Shown here: positions 47,894 through 57,404 of the stretch, piece by piece | Layout: each line of letters begins with the position of its first letter | How positions within the stretch are numbered: the first letter of the stretch is position 1 | NCBI GenBank assembly: GCA_023139105.1 | Contig: JAGLOF010000089.1 | Coordinates: 1,807 to 65,806 of the forward strand | DNA length: 64,000 nt | Direction of reading: 5' to 3' | Source: a bacterium | GTDB lineage: Bacteria; Zhuqueibacterota; QNDG01; JAGLOF01 | Notes under the pieces: model-generated | Told to the model about the DNA's origin: nothing | Seen by the model: the letters and a program-made list of their open reading frames with translations, nothing else | Database searches by the model: none | Program-made: the position numbers and the translations under genes

Positions 47894-48709
47894 TTATATA
47901 GTCTCAGCCAGGATTGCAGCATCTATTATACCTCTGTATACTATGACAGCAGGTCCGATTAATGTTATATTCTCCCATTGAGGATCAAATGAAACCTGCA
48001 ATTCACCACCACGAGTAGAAATGTCAACTGGTGATACTATCTCTAAACCATACGAAGCAAGCAAGGCGGCTGCTACGCATCCTGTACCACAGGCAAGAGT
48101 CTCAGCTTCTACTCCACGTTCAAAAGTCCTTATTTCGAGACCCTTATCTACTTTAGAAACAAAATTAACATTAACACCTTGAGGGAAAGATTTATGGTGT
48201 CTGTAATATGGCGCTATCCTGCTTACATCTATGTCATTTACATCCGGTACAAATATCACATAGTGCGGGACACCGGTATTTATAGAGCCGCCCTCTTTCC
48301 AGCTCGTGTCCGTTAAAATCCCAGGTTTCGGAACGAACATATACGGCGGCAACATAGTAAGGGCAACTTTCTTCATATCAATCTTTACCGAATGCATGCC
48401 CTCATCAGATTCAAGTTCAAAGGCAGCAGAAGATACCCAGCCATTTAAAAAAGCATATTGTGCTGTGCAACGTGCACCATTACCGCACATTGAAGCCTGA
48501 TTGCCATCTGCATTAAAATAACGCATTTTAACCGGTGTAGTCAAACCATGTTCTACTAAAATCAGACCATCTGCTCCAATACCCTTTCGTCTCTCACATA
48601 ATCTGGCAAATAAGTAATTTTCATTGCCTGAAAATATATTGTCCCGGTTATCAAACAGAATAAAATCATTACCTGCACCTGTCATCTTTGTAAAATGTAT
48701 AGATTTCAT
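47894..48709 (-). CDS. dapF: Diaminopimelate epimerase
   Basis: MTGAGNDFILFDN...MCGNGARC...CGTG. Confidence 0.9.
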   Translation of the reverse strand: MKSIHFTKMTGAGNDFILFDNRDNIFSGNENYLFARLCERRKGIGADGLILVEHGLTTPVKMRYFNADGNQASMCGNGARCTAQYAFLNGWVSSAAFELESDEGMHSVKIDMKKVALTMLPPYMFVPKPGILTDTSWKEGGSINTGVPHYVIFVPDVNDIDVSRIAPYYRHHKSFPQGVNVNFVSKVDKGLEIRTFERGVEAETLACGTGCVAAALLASYGLEIVSPVDISTRGGELQVSFDPQWENITLIGPAVIVYRGIIDAAILAETI

Positions 48710-49650
48710 TCTATTTCCATCTCAATATTATTCAGATTTAACTTAACGACAACATCGGCAATCTCAAATAAAATTGTTTCAATCCGTTTCTCCGTTGGCC
48801 TTGACCAGCGTATCAATGTTTCGCTATTCTGACTTATAACTGTCACAGGAAGACCGTAATGTTCCGTTGTAGCCGTTAGTGTCCATGTTGTATTTGGCAG
48901 ATAAGCGGCCCGATGAATCTGCAATAAAGGAGGAATTCGTTGCTGCGCAATGCTGTCTTCCGGACTAAAATAGATATCTATCTGCAATTCCGGATTAAGA
49001 GCTTCCAGCCTGGAAAGAGTGACAGCATTAGGTAGATACAGATCACGCCTTTCTGCATAAATCGGATAAATTTTAAATAATTCTTTTAATTGAATCGGGC
49101 CACGTAATCTTGATTCAGTTTTCTTTACAGGAACAGTCTTCCTGATGGGCTGTGATCTTATTACAGGTTTTAAGATACCCGTCATGGCCGGATGTGTTGT
49201 ATCAAAATTAGCAACTGCAAATGCAGTATCAGGATACCAAATGGAGGTTTCAGGGATTTCTTGATTCTTAAAGAGCGAAACTCCTTTAAATATATATAAA
49301 AGAATTACAGAAATAATTATAATTGATAAAAATATGCTCATGGCAATGGCTGGACGATTCTTCTCAGAACGAATAGTATTATCTGCGTCGGAATTGCTTA
49401 TATCATTATTGATATCTGTATCCGGCCACTTGAAAATTGACGTATCACACTTAAGTTCTGCTGCAAGTGTCCTAACAAAACCACGAAAATGCACATCTGC
49501 CAATTTGCCAATCTCTCCAGCTTCAATTGACTCGATAATACCTGTCTCTATACGGGTAATTTGATGTAGTTGAGCGAGTGTCAGTCCAGCCTTCTCTCTG
49601 GCTGAACACAGCTGCATTCCTATCTTCTTGTATGATGTATCATGATCCAT
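48706..49650 (-). CDS. rodZ: RodZ-like cytoskeleton protein (XRE HTH + TM + C-terminal domain)
   Basis: HTH GLTLAQLHQITRIETGIIESIEAG; a single TM helix. Confidence 0.7.
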   Translation of the reverse strand: MDHDTSYKKIGMQLCSAREKAGLTLAQLHQITRIETGIIESIEAGEIGKLADVHFRGFVRTLAAELKCDTSIFKWPDTDINNDISNSDADNTIRSEKNRPAIAMSIFLSIIIISVILLYIFKGVSLFKNQEIPETSIWYPDTAFAVANFDTTHPAMTGILKPVIRSQPIRKTVPVKKTESRLRGPIQLKELFKIYPIYAERRDLYLPNAVTLSRLEALNPELQIDIYFSPEDSIAQQRIPPLLQIHRAAYLPNTTWTLTATTEHYGLPVTVISQNSETLIRWSRPTEKRIETILFEIADVVVKLNLNNIEMEIE

Positions 49651-50233
49651 TTAGTACAGACCTCACTACATCATCACCACACAGCTCTCTCCACATGTAA
49701 TAAAACAGTGTTAATGGAAAGCCAACAACATTATTATAATCACCTACAATATCTGATATCATTAATCCGCCACGATCTTGAATGCCATATGCTCCGGCTT
49801 TATCCAGAGGCGATCCTGAAGATACATAGGCATCAATCTCCCAATCTTCAAGATGTAAGAAATTAACAACTGTCATTTCAACGTCACTTAGTTCACCATG
49901 ATTTACATGTATCAATGAGATTCCGGTATAAACCTTGTGCGAATGATCAGACAGTTGATGCAAAATCTTTCTGGCTTCATCCTCATCCTTTGGTTTTCCT
50001 AATATTTTATCGTCGTGTACAACAATAGTATCAGCAGCTATTATTAATCCTTCTGACGTTTGGTGAAGAGCAGCCTTTGCCTTGGCTTTTGACAATATGT
50101 GAACATGCTCAACAGGATTATCTACTGGTGCATCAGATTCATCAACATTACAACTAATCTGATTGAACTCAAGGCCAATCTGCTTAAGCAGCATGGCTCT
50201 ACGAGGGGATTGTGATGCCAATGTAATTTTCAT
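49640..50233 (-). CDS. maf: Maf-like nucleoside-triphosphate pyrophosphatase
   Basis: MKITLASQSPRRAMLLKQIGLEF. Confidence 0.88.
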   Translation of the reverse strand: MKITLASQSPRRAMLLKQIGLEFNQISCNVDESDAPVDNPVEHVHILSKAKAKAALHQTSEGLIIAADTIVVHDDKILGKPKDEDEARKILHQLSDHSHKVYTGISLIHVNHGELSDVEMTVVNFLHLEDWEIDAYVSSGSPLDKAGAYGIQDRGGLMISDIVGDYNNVVGFPLTLFYYMWRELCGDDVVRSVLNGS

Positions 50234-50679
50234 CGTGACTCCTCTGAATCAATTATTAGGGTAACAGGTCCATCATTGTCAATAGAAACTAGCATATGTG
50301 CCGCAAAACGACCGATCTCAGAATGAATATTCAAATTTTTCATGTGCCTGATAAAAAATTGATATAAAAGATCTGCTTTGTCTGGTTTTGCCGCTTGTGT
50401 AAAACTTGGACGTCGCCCTTTACGGGAATTACCCATAAGAGTAAACTGAGATATTATCAAAGCCTCGCCCTCAATGTCAAGAAGAGAGTAATGGAATTTC
50501 CCTTCATTATTATCGAATATGCGAAGATTTGCACATTTTTCAGCCAACCAAACAGCATCTGCCTCTGAGTCATCTTCGGCGACACCTAATAGTATGACCA
50601 TGCCTGTACCAATGCTGCCAATAATCTCTCCATCAACTGCAACCTGTGCTCGTACGACTCTTTGTATAAGCGCCCTCAT
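50230..50679 (-). CDS. dtd: D-aminoacyl-tRNA deacylase
   Basis: MRALIQRVVRAQV...ISQFTL...SGPVT pattern. Confidence 0.9.
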   Translation of the reverse strand: MRALIQRVVRAQVAVDGEIIGSIGTGMVILLGVAEDDSEADAVWLAEKCANLRIFDNNEGKFHYSLLDIEGEALIISQFTLMGNSRKGRRPSFTQAAKPDKADLLYQFFIRHMKNLNIHSEIGRFAAHMLVSIDNDGPVTLIIDSEESR

Positions 50680-51518
50680 TATATTCGTCCAAAAAATACA
50701 GCCATGAGTCCTACTAACATATCAACTTTCATCAATACGGCCAGCATGTGAAATCTGCTCCTCTCAGGTCTCTTCCACATAGCCCAGGTAACACCAATGA
50801 GGAAACAATCTACGCCAGGAATAACAATAAAATAATATATAGGAGTAAAACAATCTGTAAACAGCGGCAGTAATGTGGCGACTATTACCGCCGCCATTGT
50901 AATAGTAGCTATTATCATTGCCGATTTGAATCCATATTTTATCGGAAGTGTTTGGGCTCCTGCAAGCCCATCACCTTCTACATCTTCCAGATCTTTTATT
51001 ATTTCTCTGGCAATATGAAAAAGGCAGGCAAATACGCCAACTATAAGGGCAACTTTAATACGCCCTACTGCTATACCACCATAGATAAAGGCCAAACCAG
51101 ATACAAAACCTACAGTAAGGTTGCCCCATAATGCCGTTGGTTTCAGCCATGCGGAATAGGCAAATAATAGAACAGTAGTAAGTATGGCGACAAAGAAGGC
51201 CTGCCAATTAATACAACACCCAAGTAGGCAACCGACAATGAATAAGACTCCACTGTACAGACGTGCAGCATTAATCGATAACCGGTTTGACGGCAAGGGT
51301 CTTTCAGGTTTGTTAATTCTATCAATTTCAAGATCAAAAACGTCATTGATGGTATTGGCGGCACCGGTAATCAACATGCCTGAAATTACCGCCAGTACTA
51401 AATTTACTATTGGCAAGCTAAAGCCGGAGAGAACTCCACCAAGAAAAATTGACAGGCCCGCAATTAGAACATTAACGGGTCTTAAGAGACGAAAATATCC
51501 ATTGATAGTTTGCTTCAT
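50679..51518 (-). CDS. UbiA-family prenyltransferase
   Basis: NTINDVFDLEIDRINKPERPLPS and a second Asp-rich motif; 8-9 TM helices. Confidence 0.8.
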   Translation of the reverse strand: MKQTINGYFRLLRPVNVLIAGLSIFLGGVLSGFSLPIVNLVLAVISGMLITGAANTINDVFDLEIDRINKPERPLPSNRLSINAARLYSGVLFIVGCLLGCCINWQAFFVAILTTVLLFAYSAWLKPTALWGNLTVGFVSGLAFIYGGIAVGRIKVALIVGVFACLFHIAREIIKDLEDVEGDGLAGAQTLPIKYGFKSAMIIATITMAAVIVATLLPLFTDCFTPIYYFIVIPGVDCFLIGVTWAMWKRPERSRFHMLAVLMKVDMLVGLMAVFFGRI

Positions 51519-51681
51519 AACATAAAGTAACAGAATCTCCCCTTAAAAAGCAACTTGCAAATATTTTGTTAATATATTATTTAAAGCTTACGCCGTAACT
51601 AACCTTTTTGAGATCTCTCAGGGAAGAGCTCTTCGAGATGACAAACAGTGGAGAAAAGGCATATTTTAATCTATTCAGCAT

Positions 51682-52212
51682 TTATACACACGGGTCTGTC
51701 ATTGGAGTATTAACCTGGAACACAGTACGTCTATTTATCAATTCAACTATCAGTCCGATAAAAATTCCCGATATTAATGCACTCAGCAAAAACATTGGCA
51801 GCAGTCCCCAAATGGCTGAGTGACGTGTAAATATCAATCCGGCAACGGCTAATTGTACGCCGTTCTTCACAATAGCCCCTAATACACTTATACCTATTAT
51901 TGAAAAAAATCTTCCTGTAAATGATGTTAGTAGTGCCATAACAATTACGGCTGCAAAACCGCCTGCCAGAGACAGAAAAAAGACAGGCTGCATGAAACGC
52001 CCTGTTATCAGGGCTCCAATAAAGACCCTCAATAACAATACAACGACACCCTCTCGCCATCCCCACCACAATAGTGCCAGCATGCTCAATGTATTGGCCA
52101 GTCCCAGTCGGACAAAAGGAATGGGATTTGGGATAATACACTCTATGGCAAACAGTGCTGAAGCTAATGCTGTCAATACTGCCAACATTGTCATTTTTTT
52201 AATATTCATCAT
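51682..52212 (-). CDS. Gx transporter family membrane protein (heptaprenyl diphosphate synthase component-I-like)
   Basis: Small hydrophobic protein in the characteristic pairing with a NusG_II protein. Confidence 0.65.
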   Translation of the reverse strand: MMNIKKMTMLAVLTALASALFAIECIIPNPIPFVRLGLANTLSMLALLWWGWREGVVVLLLRVFIGALITGRFMQPVFFLSLAGGFAAVIVMALLTSFTGRFFSIIGISVLGAIVKNGVQLAVAGLIFTRHSAIWGLLPMFLLSALISGIFIGLIVELINRRTVFQVNTPMTDPCV

Positions 52213-52217
52213 CGTGT

Positions 52218-52622
52218 CTACATTGTTATTGCATCAATCCCGGATTCAGAATGGCCGACTACTTCTATTACAATACGATTTGGAATACAAAAAACAGCCT
52301 CTCCGGGGTGTTCAATTCTGCCAAAGTGAATGCAATGCTTTTGTGGACAACTGGCGTGTGTAATCCACAATTCTCCATCTTTAATATTGTAATGCAATTC
52401 TCCAATACGTCCATTTATCACACCTTCAGTGTCATGTTTAAGGCTGATAAATTCTGGCATCTTACCATCAACATAGACGCATACAGTATCACCTGATGCA
52501 CCCCTTGGCCGAAATAGCCACAGACTGCCAAAAAACAGTATGGCCCATACCAAGGCTATTATGATATCACCTGGTTTTAAATATTGACGTATTTGCTTGA
52601 ATGTGTTCAATACATTTTTCAT
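52218..52622 (-). CDS. NusG domain II-containing membrane-anchored protein
   Basis: TM anchor + NusG_II-like beta domain (VCVYVDGK...GELHYNIKDGELWI). Confidence 0.65.
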   Translation of the reverse strand: MKNVLNTFKQIRQYLKPGDIIIALVWAILFFGSLWLFRPRGASGDTVCVYVDGKMPEFISLKHDTEGVINGRIGELHYNIKDGELWITHASCPQKHCIHFGRIEHPGEAVFCIPNRIVIEVVGHSESGIDAITM

Positions 52623-52652
52623 TACTTATACCAGAAAAATCTATTTGTACAA

Positions 52653-53561
52653 TTACTCTGCAGTGACCGCAGCAAGTGCCAGAGAATTCAATTTTGTCTT
52701 TGCATCATCAGAACGTGAAAGTAAGATAATTGAGACACGTGCACCAATAATAAGTCCACCGATCTGGGCAGAAGCAAGATGCCACAGACCTTTGGCAAAA
52801 ATATTACCACTGGAGATATCGGGCATCAATAAAATATCGGGTGTCCCGGCAATTCTGCTGTCTATCCCCTTCTTTTCTGCTGCTTCGCGAGAAAAAGCCA
52901 CATCAATAGCCATGGGGCCTTCAACTTCACATGAACCGAGTTCACCGTGAAGAGCCATCTCCTCCAGTTGCCTTGCATCCTCTGTCTCCGGCATATCAGG
53001 AGTGATCTTTTCAATAGCTGCTAAAGCAGCAATCTTGGGCCGGGCCACATCAAGTTTATGCATTATCTGAACACCATTACGGATAATGTCAGCTTTCTGT
53101 TCCAGTGTAGGCCTTATTACCATTCCGCCATCGGTAATCATTACCAATTTATGGTAAACAGGTATCTCCAGTACGGCAGCATGAGATAGTAATCTTCCGG
53201 TACGTAGATTATAGTCCTTATTTAAAACCTGTTTCAACAAGGTTGGTGTGGGGATATTCCCTTTCATTAACGCATCTGCAGCACCATCGTGTACAAGACG
53301 AACGGCTCGTTGGGCAATTTCGGTCTCGTCAGTTACATTATGAATTTCAATGCCGCTTAAGTCCATATTCAGATCCTGTGCCGTAGATTCTATTTTTGCT
53401 GCATCACCAACAAGAACCGGTATGGCAATATTTTCTTTCATTGCACTTTTAAGTGCCTCCAGCACAGAGCGTCCTTCGGCACCTGCAACTGCAATTTTTC
53501 TTGACTCCTGTTGACTGGCATTATTGATAATTTGCAAATAACTTTTCACTATTTCCTCCAA
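52653..53561 (-). CDS. ptb: Phosphate butyryltransferase/phosphotransacylase (PTA_PTB family), copy 2
   Basis: PTA_PTB family motifs; 302 aa. Confidence 0.85.
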   Translation of the reverse strand: MEEIVKSYLQIINNASQQESRKIAVAGAEGRSVLEALKSAMKENIAIPVLVGDAAKIESTAQDLNMDLSGIEIHNVTDETEIAQRAVRLVHDGAADALMKGNIPTPTLLKQVLNKDYNLRTGRLLSHAAVLEIPVYHKLVMITDGGMVIRPTLEQKADIIRNGVQIMHKLDVARPKIAALAAIEKITPDMPETEDARQLEEMALHGELGSCEVEGPMAIDVAFSREAAEKKGIDSRIAGTPDILLMPDISSGNIFAKGLWHLASAQIGGLIIGARVSIILLSRSDDAKTKLNSLALAAVTAE

Positions 53562-53582
53562 ATAACAAAATATTGTCTTGTA

Positions 53583-53620
53583 TAAAAAAACCGCATCAAA
53601 ATATACAATCGATGCGGCTT
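53583..53620 (-). terminator. Rho-independent terminator between the two ptb paralogues (minus strand): CCGCATC/GATGCGG stem + U8
   Basis: 7-bp GC-rich stem (53591-53597 / 53611-53617) with a 13-nt loop. Plus-strand A7 (53584-53590) gives a U-tract on the minus transcript. Confidence 0.6.
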
Positions 53621-53643
53621 AAAAAAAAGGATTTTATCAGGAA

Positions 53644-54552
53644 TTAATGATTGATAGAGAGAGCTGCAGCCATAACAATAGAATAAAATTTAGCGTCTTC
53701 ATCATCAGAACGAGAGGTTAAGATGACAGGAACTGAAGTACCCATCACAACAGCAGCCGTTATGCCTCCTGCCAGTAATGAAACACTCTTGTAAAATGTA
53801 TTGGCTGCTTCAATATTCGGAAATACAACAATATCAGCATCGCCTCCCACAGGGCTGGTGACACCCTTTATCTCACATTTACGTGGAGATAAGGCTACAT
53901 CCAGTGCCAGCGGACCATCTACAATACCTCCGGTAATCTGTTTACGCAAATTCATACCGGTTAAAATAGCAGCATCCATCGATGATGGAATTTTTGAACT
54001 GATGGTCTCTGTTGCGGAGATAATAGCCGCCTTGGGATTCTCAATTCCCAGTGCATGTGCCACCTGGAATGTGTATCCAATCATCTTGGCTTTCTGGTCA
54101 AGATCCGGAAGTGGCAGAATTGCAGCATCCGTTGCAATTAATAGCTTGGGATAGCTTTCAATCTCACAGAGAGTTACATGAGAAAGCAAGCCGCCTTTAG
54201 GCAATAATCCGGCTTCTTTGTTTAAGATAGCACGCATATAATCAGGAGTCTTTACAAGACCCTTCATCACCATCTGCGCCTTGCCATCTTTCACAAGCAT
54301 AACCGCCTTGAGTGCGGCCTTCTTTGAATCCGGTTCATTGACAATATCAAATATAGAAACATCAATATTTGCATTTTTACAGACATCTTTTATCTTATCT
54401 TCATCACCAACTAATATCGCTTTTACTACACCCTGAGTCACTGCACGGGTGATTGCGGTAATAGTATCAGGATCTTGACCTGCTGCCACGGCTACAGTTT
54501 GAGTCTCAGACCCTTTAACCATTTCAACCAGATCAGATAACTTCTTTACCAT
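53644..54552 (-). CDS. ptb: Phosphate butyryltransferase/phosphotransacylase (PTA_PTB family), copy 1
   Basis: Paralogous to copy 2; 302 aa. Confidence 0.85.
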   Translation of the reverse strand: MVKKLSDLVEMVKGSETQTVAVAAGQDPDTITAITRAVTQGVVKAILVGDEDKIKDVCKNANIDVSIFDIVNEPDSKKAALKAVMLVKDGKAQMVMKGLVKTPDYMRAILNKEAGLLPKGGLLSHVTLCEIESYPKLLIATDAAILPLPDLDQKAKMIGYTFQVAHALGIENPKAAIISATETISSKIPSSMDAAILTGMNLRKQITGGIVDGPLALDVALSPRKCEIKGVTSPVGGDADIVVFPNIEAANTFYKSVSLLAGGITAAVVMGTSVPVILTSRSDDEDAKFYSIVMAAALSINH

Positions 54553-54582
54553 TGGTACTGCTCCTTGCTTATCTATATATAT

Positions 54583-55659
54583 TTAATAAACTTGTGCTTT
54601 TTCCTGGCCTGAGAGGACACGATATCCACCCATAGCCAGACTACGCATCTCTTCTTCACCCGGATAAACTACAACTTCAGCAATCCAGTCAACACGTTCT
54701 TTAATATATGCCATCAAATCAGGGTTATAGGCAATGCCGCCAGTAATAATTATAGCATCAACCTTACCTTTTAACACTGTTGCACATTTACCAATCTCTT
54801 TGGAGACCTGATACCCCATTGCATTCTGGATTTCGATTGATTTGGCATCACCCGCTTTGGCATTATCTTCTATGCCTCTCATATCATTGGTACCCATATA
54901 TGCCATAACGCCGCCATTACCCATAAGCATTTTTTTCATTTCTGTTTTAGTATATTTACCGGAGAAACAGAGCTCTGCCAATTGAAAGGCGGGAAGTCCA
55001 CCTGTACGTTCAGGAGAAAATGGGCCTTCACCGGAGAGGGCATCATTTACATCAATAATACGGCCTTTCATATGTGCACCAACAGAGATACCGCCGCCCA
55101 GATGTACTACAATTAAATTGAGATCAGTATATTCCTTGCCTGTCTCATCTGCATAATGCCGTGCCATTGCTCTTTGATTTAGTGCATGAAAAATAGAACG
55201 CCTCTCAATTTCAGGATGGCCTGAAATACGGGCAACCGGTTCAAGTTCGTCAACAACAACAGGATCTACTATGAAGGCAGGACAATCAAGGCTTTTCCCC
55301 AATGCAAAAGCAATCAATCCCCCGAGATTGGAGGCGTGTTCACCATATTTGGCCGTCTCCAATTCTTCAACCATTACTTCGCTTACACGGTAGGTGCCAC
55401 CGGGAATGGGTCTAAACAAACCGCCACGGCCAACAATACCGTTCAGCTCATTAATATCAAAATTCTTTTCTTTTAACACTTTCTCAATAACATCTTTTCT
55501 GAATCCATATTGATCTGTAATACTGTCAAACGGTTTCAATTCTTCAGCAGTGTGGCGAATAGTCTCTTCAAATATTTGAGTATCATTTTCATATACTGCC
55601 ACTTTTGTTGATGTCGATCCGGGATTAATCGCCAGAATTTTGGTGTTCATGAAAATCAC
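54583..55659 (-). CDS. buk: Butyrate (short/branched-chain fatty acid) kinase, copy 2
   Basis: ILAINPGSTSTKVAVYEND...; acetate/butyrate kinase fold. Confidence 0.88.
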   Translation of the reverse strand: MIFMNTKILAINPGSTSTKVAVYENDTQIFEETIRHTAEELKPFDSITDQYGFRKDVIEKVLKEKNFDINELNGIVGRGGLFRPIPGGTYRVSEVMVEELETAKYGEHASNLGGLIAFALGKSLDCPAFIVDPVVVDELEPVARISGHPEIERRSIFHALNQRAMARHYADETGKEYTDLNLIVVHLGGGISVGAHMKGRIIDVNDALSGEGPFSPERTGGLPAFQLAELCFSGKYTKTEMKKMLMGNGGVMAYMGTNDMRGIEDNAKAGDAKSIEIQNAMGYQVSKEIGKCATVLKGKVDAIIITGGIAYNPDLMAYIKERVDWIAEVVVYPGEEEMRSLAMGGYRVLSGQEKAQVY

Positions 55660-55667
55660 TCCTCGAT

Positions 55668-56732
55668 CTATTTATAAGTTTTGGGCTCCTCTTCGCCCTT
55701 GAGCACTCTCAGTGCGCCCAGAGCAAGAGCCTCTAGTTCGTTTTCTCCCGGATAATAAAAAATTGGTGCCAGAAATGAAATTCTCTCAGACACCCACCCC
55801 ATAAGCATGTCATTATGAGCCATTCCACCTGTCAGTACAATAGCATCAATATTGCCCTTTAGCACTGTGCCCATCGCTCCAATCTCTTTTGCAATTTGAT
55901 ATGCAAGTGCTTCAAAAACTTCTTTTGCTTTTTTATCTCCGGCTTCAATCATCTCTCTAACTTTCCGGCCATCATTAACTCCCAAATATGCAACAAGGCC
56001 GCCGTTTCCAACTACTTTTTTCTTCAATTCAGCCAATGTATATCTACCTGAAAAACAAAGTTTCATCAAACCTGTTACAGGAAGACTGCCGGCACGTTCC
56101 GGACTGAAAGGACCACTGTCATTGGCATTATTTACATCAACAATACGTCCTTTCTCAAGCGGACAAATTGATATTCCGCCTCCCAGATGAGCTACAACCA
56201 TATTTAATTCATCCAATGGCTTACCAATTTTATCTGCAGCTTTACGCGCTGTGGCCTTTACATTCAATGCATGTACTAAACTTCGACGCGGCAACTCAGG
56301 TAGTCCGGAATAGTGTGCAAGAGGTCCGAACTCATCAACAGATACCGGATCTACAAAATATGCTGGCGCATCTGCTTTCAGCGCAAAATCACTGGCAAGT
56401 AAAGACCCGATATTTGATATATGTTCTGCCTGTACACGGCCTTCGACAATATCACTAATTATTACATCATTAACAATATATGTCCCGCCTGTTAATGCTT
56501 TAAAGGGCCCGCCACGACCTACAACAGCATCCAGAGAACTGACTGAAGTATTTCGCTGGATTAAAATTTTCTCAATATCCCTGCGGCGCAGCTCAAGCTG
56601 ATCTAAAACAGTATCAAAGCCTTCCAACTCCTCACGTGAATAATCTATAGAATCATTCCATTGCATCTGATCATTATTATATAAAGCAACTTTTGTTGAT
56701 GTTGAACCGGGATTAATTGCTAAAATCTTCAT
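55668..56732 (-). CDS. buk: Butyrate (short/branched-chain fatty acid) kinase, copy 1
   Basis: MKILAINPGSTSTKVALYNND... Confidence 0.88.
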   Translation of the reverse strand: MKILAINPGSTSTKVALYNNDQMQWNDSIDYSREELEGFDTVLDQLELRRRDIEKILIQRNTSVSSLDAVVGRGGPFKALTGGTYIVNDVIISDIVEGRVQAEHISNIGSLLASDFALKADAPAYFVDPVSVDEFGPLAHYSGLPELPRRSLVHALNVKATARKAADKIGKPLDELNMVVAHLGGGISICPLEKGRIVDVNNANDSGPFSPERAGSLPVTGLMKLCFSGRYTLAELKKKVVGNGGLVAYLGVNDGRKVREMIEAGDKKAKEVFEALAYQIAKEIGAMGTVLKGNIDAIVLTGGMAHNDMLMGWVSERISFLAPIFYYPGENELEALALGALRVLKGEEEPKTYK

Positions 56733-56773
56733 TTATACCCTCATCCACTCCTACTATATAATCCGTATACTAA

Positions 56774-56800
56774 CAAAAAGGAGGCAGATAATCTGCCCCC
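56774..56800 (-). terminator. Candidate intrinsic terminator/attenuator between iorB and buk (minus strand)
   Basis: Stem GGGGCAG/CTGCCTC (one mismatch) with an AUUAU loop, followed by UUUUUGUU on the minus transcript. Confidence 0.45.
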
Positions 56801-56813
56801 TTTAAATTTACTA

Positions 56814-57392
56814 TTACCTATATGCTCTTCCAGCAAGAAAAGCTTTGACATTCAGCTCTTCCGTTCCCTTTGGAACACGTTCTCTGATTACCCTGGTCCA
56901 GATATCTTCGGAAATTTCAAGTGATGTTGATAATACACCCAATAGAATTGTATTAACAAGACGGGGATTACCAAGATCCTTTGCAATCTGAACTGCATCA
57001 ATCAAGGTTACATTTTTAGTTCTTTTACGAACGACGGCTATGGGATCTTCCGGATAATTAAAACCTTTCATTGAAGCAATGGGCGGCACTAATTTGTATT
57101 TATTAATGGCAATTGTACCATTATCTTTTAAATAATGAATCCAGCGCTGAGCCTCAGCCTGTTCAAAAGCCAGAATCACATCTGCTTCCCCGTCAGGTAT
57201 GAGTGGAGAAAAGACATTATCTCCAAAACGAACATGACTGGATACCACGCCACCACGTTGAGCCATACCATGTACTTCACTCTTTTTTACATCATATCCG
57301 GCTTCCATTGTAACTGTACTCAAAAGTTCAGTTGCCAACAGCACACCCTGGCCGCCGACACCGACAATTAATACATTTTTAGTTTCATTCAT
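56814..57392 (-). CDS. iorB: Indolepyruvate:ferredoxin oxidoreductase beta subunit
   Basis: LIVGVGGQGVLLA...; POR-gamma-like domain, 192 aa, directly after iorA. Confidence 0.8.
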   Translation of the reverse strand: MNETKNVLIVGVGGQGVLLATELLSTVTMEAGYDVKKSEVHGMAQRGGVVSSHVRFGDNVFSPLIPDGEADVILAFEQAEAQRWIHYLKDNGTIAINKYKLVPPIASMKGFNYPEDPIAVVRKRTKNVTLIDAVQIAKDLGNPRLVNTILLGVLSTSLEISEDIWTRVIRERVPKGTEELNVKAFLAGRAYR

Positions 57393-57404
57393 TGGTATCG
57401 TCTC

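Noticed and set aside
51143-52496. Antisense or alternative-frame ORFs within ubiA, the Gx transporter and the NusG_II gene (51143..51364, 51184..51525, 51743..52141, 51992..52363, 52251..52496)
   Set aside because: They overlap genes with clear family signatures and show no SD or motif support.
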